In this document: in pieces, positions 31,648-40,095 of the stretch
How the letters are laid out: each line of letters begins with the position of its first letter
Position numbering within the stretch: position 1 is the first letter of the stretch
NCBI GenBank assembly: GCA_947570695.1
Contig: CANOVB010000009.1
Location: forward strand, 7,658 to 71,657
DNA: 64,000 nt
Source of the DNA: an uncultured Clostridium sp.
GTDB taxonomy: Bacteria > Bacillota > Clostridia > TANB77 > CAG-508
Reading direction: 5' to 3'
Notes under the pieces: generated by a model
Told to the model about the DNA's origin: nothing
The model's database searches: none
The model's input: only the letters and a program-made list of their open reading frames with translations
Translations under genes and position numbers: made by a program

Positions 31648-34600
31648 TTAATTTCTTAGTCCTTGTATAAATCTATCTACATCATCTATTGGACCTTTTA
31701 CATCTAAAACTCTTTCAGCTTTTTTCATTGCTTTTTCTTTTTTATCTAAACTCATTTCTTTATCTTGTGCACTTATTAATTGTGATAATCTATCTTGTAC
31801 TTCTTCTCTTCTTAATTCAGGTTGTGTTACTTTTAAATGCTCTTCATAGGCATCAACATTTAGTCTTGCTCTATCTGAAAGTAAAGCTTCGATTTCTTGT
31901 GATGATTTTCCACTTGCTTGTAATCTTCTTCTCTCACTTTCTAAGCTAGTAATAAGCTCTTCTTGTTTTTTGCCTGAATTTTTGAAAGTTTCAACTGCTA
32001 TTTTATCACCATAATAAGCTACTGCTGCTGAACTTTTAGCTTTTACTTTTCCTGTATATCCTATATTTCCTGATTTTAATTCAAGTTCAACTCTAGCAAA
32101 ATTATTAATATCTTCTAATTCTTTTCTCATTAATAATAACTCTAAAACATCAGAAGATTCCTGCTCTGTTAAAGTTTCATTTTCTACTGTTGCAGTACCA
32201 CTTTGTACAGCATCTATTGCTTCTTCTACAGTTCCATCTGTTAATCCATCTATATTAAGTTCTAATACTTGTTGAAGTTTTTTCTTTCTCTTTGCTATTC
32301 TCGCTGCTGCTATTTTTTTATCTTTACTTGTTACTGCTTCTATAGATGGTCTTTTTATATCATTATTTTTTAAAGATAATAAATATGTTTGTATTGATTG
32401 TTCAAATTGTGATTTATCTAAATCAGCAAGCTTAATAGCTCCATCTCTACTAGAATTTGCTGATTGTGATCCATCTTTAGAAGTATTTGGTCTTCTTGTT
32501 CCATCTGGCAATATATCTGCTCTTCTTGTTCCGTCCTGATTTGGATTTAATGAACCAGTTCTTAGTCCTTCTAACTTTGATAAAACATCTTCTGTTTTTA
32601 CTTGTGAATAATCTGGTTTTTGTCCTGCAACAGATTCCACTGCTTGTTGAATTGCAACTTTATCTGAATTTTCTAAAAACTCTAATATACTTGTATTTCT
32701 TGCTTTGCTTTGAGATTCTATACTACTTGTTTTTCTTTTTAATATATCAACAATTCCAGCTTTGCCTTTATCGAAAATTTCTTCGACTTTTTCATCCTTT
32801 TGTATAATTCCTGCTGCTTCTAATTTGGCTGATAATCTTTTTATAACTTCACTTTGTACTGCTTGACTTTCTGTATCAAGACCTTTAGATGAATCTAGCA
32901 TTTCTTTTATGATTGCATCTAATTCTCTATTTACTAATTCTTGATTCTTACGATCTGAAAGCTTACTATCTGTTCCATCTGCTAATGTTAATACATATTC
33001 TCCTTCTGCAATATCTGTTTTTGATGATTCATCATCTTCTTCTATCTTCGTAGTAGTTCCAGTTTTTGGATCATATATTAAACCTTGTTCTGCATATAAT
33101 GCTATCATTACTTTATTATATTCTTCCAAAGAATCTGCTTTCTTTACCCACTCTCTTCTAATCTCGTCATACTCATATCCCATTTCGGCATATACTTGTT
33201 TTTCATATTCAGCTTGTTTTCTTTCTTGTGCAGCTATAGTTTCTCCTTGAGCGACTCCCATTTGAAGATTTGCAGAATCTTTTAAGAATGTTTGTTGCAT
33301 AGTTCTTGCTTGCCTTACAAAATGTTCATTTAATTTTTTTTCATTTACAGATATACCAGAATGTTTTTTGAAAAATCTTGCTGCAGCTCCTGCTGTTCCT
33401 GCTATTGCAACTGGAGCAAAAGCTACTCCTGCGCCAGATACTACTCCTAGAGTTCCAGCTGTAACAGCTGCTATTCCACCATTTCTTAAATCTTCTAATC
33501 TATCAGTTGTCCAACCAAGTTTTGCATCCTTTTTAAAATCTGCTTTTAAACCTTGATATAGTTTTGGATGATTTTGCCTTACATTATCTACAACAGCACT
33601 ATCAAGCTCTTTTTGACTTCTTTTAAATGCTTCTTTTTGAAGATTTTTAATAGCTGGAGTTGAAAATCTTGAAAAATGATATCTTCCTTTATATCCTTTA
33701 CTATTTGCTGATTTTTTAAAAGTTTTACTTGTTAATGCTGTTCCCGCTCCTAAAAGAGCCATACCCATTTGTGGATGTGCAACTAATGTACCCATTCCAA
33801 CAAACATTGATGCTATTCCTCCAAATCCATTTCTTATTGGATTTAATACTTGTTCTTTAAATACTTTTTTATCTGCATCTGTAAATCCTAATAAATTTGA
33901 TGAACTAAGTCTATTATACATTCCATTTTTATCAGATATTCTCTGACCAGTTTTAGAATCTTTATGAGTTGTTCCTAAAACTCCTATTCTTAATTTATTA
34001 AGATTTGCTAAACTAATTTGAACTCTTCCACTGTCTGTTCTATTAAATCTAAATTGATTATCTATATCTAATAAATTATCTATATGTCCTGCAACAATAT
34101 CTTTTGTTTCAGGAATTCCTATACTTTCTTTATAAGCACCATAATCAGCCATTGCTGTTTCATATCTTTTTTTAGCTTCAGCATATTCCTCAGATCCTGC
34201 TGTTGCTGATTTCATATCACTTAAAGCAAAGGCAACTTTTGCTTTTAAAGATTCTTCACCTTTTGTTAATAATTCAACTGCACTTTTTTCACTTACCATT
34301 GGAGAAGATGTAACTTGTGAATATTTAGGTTTTCTTCTTAACACTGCTTGTTCTGCTAAGCTTCTTCTTGCTTCATATTGTTCATCAGATTCATTATCTT
34401 TACGTGCATATCCTTGTCCGTTTTTATCCATTTCTTTTTCAACATCTTTTTCAAATGCCTCTTCTGGAGTATTTTTCATATCATTAAGTACTGATTGAAC
34501 ACTTTTTATTCCAGCACTCGCTCCTGCAATTCCCCCTGCTGCTGCAATTTTTCCTATACCTTTTACAGCTCCTGCAAATGGTGTGTTCATCATTGTTTTA

Positions 34601-36081
34601 GCTAAAGGTTTAGCACCCATATACATACCTCTTGCAGTCTGTAATGTTTGACGCATTTTTTCTGCACTTCCTGCTTCTGCTGTATGACCTAATAAACTAT
34701 CTCCATCTCCAAATTTAAATATCTTTCTAAATAAAGCCTCAGCTTTTAAACTATAATTCATAAATATTAATGCAACTATCATTCCTGCAACTGAATGTAA
34801 TGACAATACTAGAGCTGTAGAAATAAATATAGCATAAATTAATGCATGTACTATTTGAATAATTACGTTCATAATATATTCTGAAAGCCATGTTTTCATT
34901 GTTGCAGATTTACCACTTAATACTTTTTGAAGAGCATAAGTAAGTCCAACTGCCGGTCCCATAAGTGTTAAAACTATTAATGTTAAATATCTTTTTAAAT
35001 AAACTAATGTATATCTAATTGCAAAATATACTAAAGTCATATACATTATCATACCTGATAATCCATTTGATAATTTTGCATCATAAGCTCTTGTTCTAAT
35101 AGCTTCATAAACATCTATTTCTAGTTCACTATCAGTTTTCTCTATTGGTGTATCTTTATCAGATATTTGTTTTAAAGTAACTGTATTTACAGTATCAGCA
35201 GATTCACTTATTATATCTACCATTTTTTCATTTGTATATATTACAAAAATCATTATGTAATGTATAAAAAACAAAATAATTACACCAACAAGCCAATCTA
35301 CTAACATTCTTTTATAGACTGCCTTTTCTGAGGCGATTGTTGATATAGCCATTTTTATACCAATTATAATAAGAGCAACTAGCATTGCAGCTATTGCAAT
35401 TAATCTTATTATGTAATACCACATAGAAACTAATTTTTTAATTTGTAAAACTATCGGTGGATTATTTTCTTCATCTATACTTAATGCTGTTATATATGCT
35501 CTGCAGCCACTACAATTTCCATTACAATCACAACTACACCCTGTTTCTGATGCACATTCTTCAGCATTTTTTCCACATTTTTCACATTTATATTTTTGCC
35601 CTGTTCCACTAACAGTTTTATCATACTCTAAATCGAAAAAATTTATATTAAAAGCTGGCACTCTATTATAAACAATAGCTTGAACAGTTAAATTATTTGA
35701 AGAATCTGTAATTGAAGTTAAATCAGTTGAATTGATACCTTTATCGATTTCTTCACCTGCCATACTAACACCTGAAGTTGTTTCTAATGCCCAAGTTAAT
35801 AGTTTTTCAATAAGAGCTGTCCAACCTACAAATACCATTCTTATACCCATGGTTATAATACCTAATAACCAATCTGCAATATCACCTATACTATTTAAAA
35901 GCCAAGCAAAAATACCATCTTTTATAGTATATGTACCTTTTGTTGTTCCTGAATAGTAATAATCACCATCTTTTAAATCAAGTTTTGCATAAGAAGCAGG
36001 CGTAGCACAAAATGTTATTAAGATAGATATTGTTATTATTATTAAAATAATTTTTTCACAAATCTCTTTTAATAGTGCCAT
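31648..36081 (-). CDS. Divergent giant VirB6-like paralog (1477 aa) with a Cys-rich loop insertion and a ~1000-aa tail
   Basis: Recognisable but diverged core: PAFNINFFDL, WYYIIRLIAIAAMLVALIIIGIKMAISTIASEKAVYKRMLVDW, GPAVGLTYALQKVLSGKSATMKTWLSEYIMNVIIQIVHA. Unique insertion CEKCGKNAEECASETGCSCDCNGNCSGC. Confidence 0.65.
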   Translation of the reverse strand: MALLKEICEKIILIIITISILITFCATPASYAKLDLKDGDYYYSGTTKGTYTIKDGIFAWLLNSIGDIADWLLGIITMGIRMVFVGWTALIEKLLTWALETTSGVSMAGEEIDKGINSTDLTSITDSSNNLTVQAIVYNRVPAFNINFFDLEYDKTVSGTGQKYKCEKCGKNAEECASETGCSCDCNGNCSGCRAYITALSIDEENNPPIVLQIKKLVSMWYYIIRLIAIAAMLVALIIIGIKMAISTIASEKAVYKRMLVDWLVGVIILFFIHYIMIFVIYTNEKMVDIISESADTVNTVTLKQISDKDTPIEKTDSELEIDVYEAIRTRAYDAKLSNGLSGMIMYMTLVYFAIRYTLVYLKRYLTLIVLTLMGPAVGLTYALQKVLSGKSATMKTWLSEYIMNVIIQIVHALIYAIFISTALVLSLHSVAGMIVALIFMNYSLKAEALFRKIFKFGDGDSLLGHTAEAGSAEKMRQTLQTARGMYMGAKPLAKTMMNTPFAGAVKGIGKIAAAGGIAGASAGIKSVQSVLNDMKNTPEEAFEKDVEKEMDKNGQGYARKDNESDEQYEARRSLAEQAVLRRKPKYSQVTSSPMVSEKSAVELLTKGEESLKAKVAFALSDMKSATAGSEEYAEAKKRYETAMADYGAYKESIGIPETKDIVAGHIDNLLDIDNQFRFNRTDSGRVQISLANLNKLRIGVLGTTHKDSKTGQRISDKNGMYNRLSSSNLLGFTDADKKVFKEQVLNPIRNGFGGIASMFVGMGTLVAHPQMGMALLGAGTALTSKTFKKSANSKGYKGRYHFSRFSTPAIKNLQKEAFKRSQKELDSAVVDNVRQNHPKLYQGLKADFKKDAKLGWTTDRLEDLRNGGIAAVTAGTLGVVSGAGVAFAPVAIAGTAGAAARFFKKHSGISVNEKKLNEHFVRQARTMQQTFLKDSANLQMGVAQGETIAAQERKQAEYEKQVYAEMGYEYDEIRREWVKKADSLEEYNKVMIALYAEQGLIYDPKTGTTTKIEEDDESSKTDIAEGEYVLTLADGTDSKLSDRKNQELVNRELDAIIKEMLDSSKGLDTESQAVQSEVIKRLSAKLEAAGIIQKDEKVEEIFDKGKAGIVDILKRKTSSIESQSKARNTSILEFLENSDKVAIQQAVESVAGQKPDYSQVKTEDVLSKLEGLRTGSLNPNQDGTRRADILPDGTRRPNTSKDGSQSANSSRDGAIKLADLDKSQFEQSIQTYLLSLKNNDIKRPSIEAVTSKDKKIAAARIAKRKKKLQQVLELNIDGLTDGTVEEAIDAVQSGTATVENETLTEQESSDVLELLLMRKELEDINNFARVELELKSGNIGYTGKVKAKSSAAVAYYGDKIAVETFKNSGKKQEELITSLESERRRLQASGKSSQEIEALLSDRARLNVDAYEEHLKVTQPELRREEVQDRLSQLISAQDKEMSLDKKEKAMKKAERVLDVKGPIDDVDRFIQGLRN

Positions 36082-36093
36082 CTTTTTTCCTTT

Positions 36094-37629
36094 CTAATAT
36101 TGAAGCATTATTTGTTTATCATCATATTTCAATATTCCATTTTTAAAACTCTTAAAATCATAATCTTCTGTACCTTCTTCAAATCTAGTTACTACTCCAT
36201 TTTCTAAATCATAACTATATATTCCTTTTCCTTTTTTAGAATAAAGGAATGTATCATTATTTATCCATAAATATGAATCTATACTATCATTTAATTCTCT
36301 ATTAGGATTTCCATTGACTGTAGATATGAACTTCATACTGTATATATTTCCTGCATTGTCTAAATCTGGATATATATCATATCTTATACTTTCGCCTATA
36401 AGTTCCAAAGTATCACTATCCAAAGTTTCTCTATATTCTTTACATTTTGCTTTTAAAGATATAGTATTTTTTATTCTTCTTTTTTCTGTTTCAAAAATAG
36501 AATCTAATTGAAGTCTTGCAACAAAGTTTGTATTCTCTAGATAACGGCTAACTTTAGACAAATTACTCTTAATATTATTATACACCAAAATTCCGTTTGT
36601 GTCATCATAATTTATCTTAATTTCTATGCCTTTTAGCGGATATGATATAAAAACAGAACTTGATGTATAATCATATTCACTATAGTCAGGCCAGATATAT
36701 GTAAGTTCATTCATAAAGTCTAATAAATCTTTTTTTTCATTTATGAAATCATCTGCTAATTTGAAAAAATCATCTGCATCTGTATCTGTATTTCTGTATA
36801 CTGATATTTCATTTTCAGAAAAGAAAACATATATTTCTTCTCCTTTATACCCTAGTATTTTTAGCTCTTCATCTTCAAAACTTGGTTTACCTAAAACATC
36901 TTCTACAGTTTTTAAATCAACTCCAGGAAATAAACTCTCAATAACATTTCCAACATATTTGTTATCGAAAACTATATTATAAATTTTATTATTAATTGTT
37001 CTTACTTTAATTCCTTCATCAAAATATATATAATATTCATCAAAAATGCTTTCTCTAGTTCCAAAATTTGCCGAATTCCAGTTATTATTGATACTTTCCC
37101 ATAAAACTCCTGATGTTATTAAAAAATCTTTTTTTGGAATTTCGACATATTGCTTCATACTAATTTGAGAATCCATATAAATAAAATAATCTTCAATATC
37201 ATTTATTATTATAGAAGCTATTTTTCCATTCTGGCAAATAACTTTTATAGTAATATCATTTTTCTTATCAATCATTTTAAAATTGCTATATCGTATAACT
37301 TTTGCAACATCACCTAATAAATCATTATAATATTTCTCATTACTATTGTCTTTTTCATCATAAGGAAGAACTGAAAATTCTACAGAGATATCTAATGAGT
37401 AATTTTCATCTAAACTCTGTTTTTCAGAAATGTATTTTGATTTGTAATATTCTACAACATCTTTTACTGTTTTTAAATTGTCATAACTAAGTTCTGGAAT
37501 CTCAACATTTTTTTGTACCTTACTTAAAAGTAAGCAAAGACATAACAATATAAAGATCATAACAAATAAAACTATTAAAATTATATTATAGTTTTTTTTG
37601 CTTTGATCTTTATATTGTATATTTTTCAT
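36094..37629 (-). CDS. Membrane-anchored extracytoplasmic protein, paralog A (511 aa)
   Basis: N-terminal TM helix. Shares blocks with the 392-aa neighbour: LGYKGEEIYVFFSENEISVY and ISYPLKGIEIKINYDDTNGILVYNN. Has an extra ~110-aa C-terminal extension. Confidence 0.65.
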   Translation of the reverse strand: MKNIQYKDQSKKNYNIILIVLFVMIFILLCLCLLLSKVQKNVEIPELSYDNLKTVKDVVEYYKSKYISEKQSLDENYSLDISVEFSVLPYDEKDNSNEKYYNDLLGDVAKVIRYSNFKMIDKKNDITIKVICQNGKIASIIINDIEDYFIYMDSQISMKQYVEIPKKDFLITSGVLWESINNNWNSANFGTRESIFDEYYIYFDEGIKVRTINNKIYNIVFDNKYVGNVIESLFPGVDLKTVEDVLGKPSFEDEELKILGYKGEEIYVFFSENEISVYRNTDTDADDFFKLADDFINEKKDLLDFMNELTYIWPDYSEYDYTSSSVFISYPLKGIEIKINYDDTNGILVYNNIKSNLSKVSRYLENTNFVARLQLDSIFETEKRRIKNTISLKAKCKEYRETLDSDTLELIGESIRYDIYPDLDNAGNIYSMKFISTVNGNPNRELNDSIDSYLWINNDTFLYSKKGKGIYSYDLENGVVTRFEEGTEDYDFKSFKNGILKYDDKQIMLQY

Positions 37630-37659
37630 TTATGTTTTCTTCCTTTCCTTAGTACGAAT

Positions 37660-38838
37660 CTATCTAGCTTCTCTTCTCTCTATTTCATATTTTTCTATCA
37701 AATCCTTATCACTTTCAAAGTTTATTAATCCATTTTTTACAAACTCTTTTGTTTTATCTGTAAAGTAGTAATTATTATATAATGTTATTCCATTTGGATT
37801 ATTATCTAATATATCAATCTCAATTCCCCTAGTTGGGAACACTATATGTGCTTTTTTTATATCTGCATCATATTCAAAAGACTCTAAATCATAAGATAGC
37901 ATTTGTTTTGAAAGTTCTGTTATAAAACTATCTAAGTCTTTATCTTTTAAATATTTATCTAATAAATTTTCAAACTTAGTATTTTTTCTATAAGAATATC
38001 CATATACAGAAACTTCATCACTATAGAAAAAATAATATAAATCATTACTTCTATAGCCTAGATATTTATCATTTAAACTCCCAAAAGTGTTATCATTATG
38101 TAGTTCATATATTTTTGATAAAGAAGTATCCATATTTACATCTGTAAGAATATCATATTCATAATCTTCTGAAAAAATTATATTCATAACAGACTTATTT
38201 GGAGCAAGTTTTATTCTTATTATTCCATCATAGTAACTTGTATAACCATCATCTAACTCTTTTCCCTCATCTAAGTATTCTTTGATTGATGAAATAAACA
38301 TTTGGTTTGACACTAATCTTTCTAAATATCCATTTGAAACATGTAAACCTGATGGTTGTACAATCTCTGATTTTTCAACTGTTATATAGCTTTTTCCATC
38401 AGTTTCATCATAAAAGTTTTTTATATTATTTATTACTATTTCATGTTCTTTAGCTTCTTGATTATAAACAGCATGTATCTCAATATTTTTTTCTTCATCA
38501 ATAACATAAAAGCTTAAATTCTCAAAAAAAGAAGTCAAGTCTTCTATTAATGCGTATAAAAATTTTTTATTGCTTTTTCCATTTTCATCATATAAATCTT
38601 TATCTAATTTAGCATATATTTTTGTTCCATCTTGTTTTAAAAATTCAGAATTATGTTTTTTTATCACATCTGCTACAGTTTGTGGTATAGTTGTTTGAAT
38701 TACTATATTATTAGAATTTTGATTTTTTTCCTCTGCTCTAATTATTTTTTGCATAAAAATAATTAAACATAACAAACAGAAGAATAATAATATTAGAGAA
38801 ATTAAAACTATTTTTGATACAGCTTTCTTTTCTTTCAT
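37660..38838 (-). CDS. Membrane-anchored extracytoplasmic protein, paralog B (392 aa)
   Basis: N-terminal TM helix. Blocks LGYRSNDLYYFFYSDEVSVY and IVFPTRGIEIDILDNNPNGITLYNN match the 511-aa neighbour. Confidence 0.65.
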   Translation of the reverse strand: MKEKKAVSKIVLISLILLFFCLLCLIIFMQKIIRAEEKNQNSNNIVIQTTIPQTVADVIKKHNSEFLKQDGTKIYAKLDKDLYDENGKSNKKFLYALIEDLTSFFENLSFYVIDEEKNIEIHAVYNQEAKEHEIVINNIKNFYDETDGKSYITVEKSEIVQPSGLHVSNGYLERLVSNQMFISSIKEYLDEGKELDDGYTSYYDGIIRIKLAPNKSVMNIIFSEDYEYDILTDVNMDTSLSKIYELHNDNTFGSLNDKYLGYRSNDLYYFFYSDEVSVYGYSYRKNTKFENLLDKYLKDKDLDSFITELSKQMLSYDLESFEYDADIKKAHIVFPTRGIEIDILDNNPNGITLYNNYYFTDKTKEFVKNGLINFESDKDLIEKYEIERREAR

Positions 38839-38841
38839 TTA

Positions 38842-40083
38842 TTATCCTTCTTTCTTCATAAATTTATTTACACCTCTTAATGTTAATACACCTTTCATAT
38901 CAAATACTACTTTAACCATTCTCTCAACTGTACCCATTGCCATTAACATTGCTAGGGCCACTAATGGTGAACTTGCTGCAATAGAATTTGCTGTTAACAC
39001 AAATATTAAATAAATAAGTGCATGAAGTGGTTGAATTAACACATTTACTATAATCTCTTTTAGCCATATTGAAAAAGCTTGTGCTTTACCATCTCCTACT
39101 TTATCTATAGAATATGTTATTGTAATCAATGGTGATATTATAATTAAAAATCCTACCATTAAAAGTCTTTTCATGTATGTCCATAAAAATTTCATTTCCA
39201 TAAATAATAAACACCAATAAATAATAGACCACATTGTTAAATCTAAACCAGATTTTGAAAGTATTGAACACCATGCCTCATTACGTATAACTTCTTCAAA
39301 TATTTCATAAGTAGATCCTGTCCCTGAAACAGTCTCTCCTAATAGTTGACATCTAAGATCATAAAAAATTCCTGTAATGCGTTCACCAAAAATTGTAATT
39401 GCACTTATGATATAAACCATAAGGAACATTATTACTATACTTTCTATCCAGCTAACAAGCATTTTCTTATATTTTGCTTGTTCAGATGCTACGGTAGAAA
39501 TTGCCATTCTAATTCCTATATATATTAAAACTAATAATCCAATAGCCAAAGCAATAATTCTACAAATATAGTAAACACCGGTTATACCCTTTTTTATCTC
39601 GATATTACTTGCATTTTTTTCAATTTCTGTATCTCCAACTTGATATGTACCTTCTTCAATATCAAAATAATTTATATTAAACAATGGTACTCTATTAAAT
39701 ACACATCTATCTATAGTAAACCAATATTGTAATTCTCCATTTTCTGTTCCATACGTAAGTTGGGACATTATAATATCTACCTGAGCAGCAAAGAAAATAT
39801 TAAATAATCTTGCTAAAAGTCCTATAACTGTACCAACTATTGATGCACCAAAACTCAAAGCGGTAGTTGCTACTTTGGTAGCACTATCTTGAGTTTGGGA
39901 TACAGTTCCTTCTTGAGTAATTTCCGCTGCAACTCCATCGCTTACAGCAGCTGGTTGATTTAAAACGCCAGAACTTTCTGAATCATCTGGTGAGGTTCCA
40001 GATGGTTCTGCATAAACTACACTAGCACTTATGAAATTAAGAATTATTGAAACCACTAATAAGCAGCTTATAATTTTTTTCAT
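38842..40083 (-). CDS. VirB6-like polytopic membrane protein, tail-less core paralog (413 aa)
   Basis: Signal peptide (ASVVYAEP), then VPLFNINYFDI, VYYICRIIALAIGLLVLIYIGIRMAISTVASEQAKYKKMLVSW, ISPLITITYSIDKVGDGKAQAFSIWLKEIIVNVLIQPLHA. It ends where the other paralogs start their tails. It lies directly downstream of the VirB4 gene. Confidence 0.7.
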   Translation of the reverse strand: MKKIISCLLVVSIILNFISASVVYAEPSGTSPDDSESSGVLNQPAAVSDGVAAEITQEGTVSQTQDSATKVATTALSFGASIVGTVIGLLARLFNIFFAAQVDIIMSQLTYGTENGELQYWFTIDRCVFNRVPLFNINYFDIEEGTYQVGDTEIEKNASNIEIKKGITGVYYICRIIALAIGLLVLIYIGIRMAISTVASEQAKYKKMLVSWIESIVIMFLMVYIISAITIFGERITGIFYDLRCQLLGETVSGTGSTYEIFEEVIRNEAWCSILSKSGLDLTMWSIIYWCLLFMEMKFLWTYMKRLLMVGFLIIISPLITITYSIDKVGDGKAQAFSIWLKEIIVNVLIQPLHALIYLIFVLTANSIAASSPLVALAMLMAMGTVERMVKVVFDMKGVLTLRGVNKFMKKEG

Positions 40084-40095
40084 ATATTATCCTCT

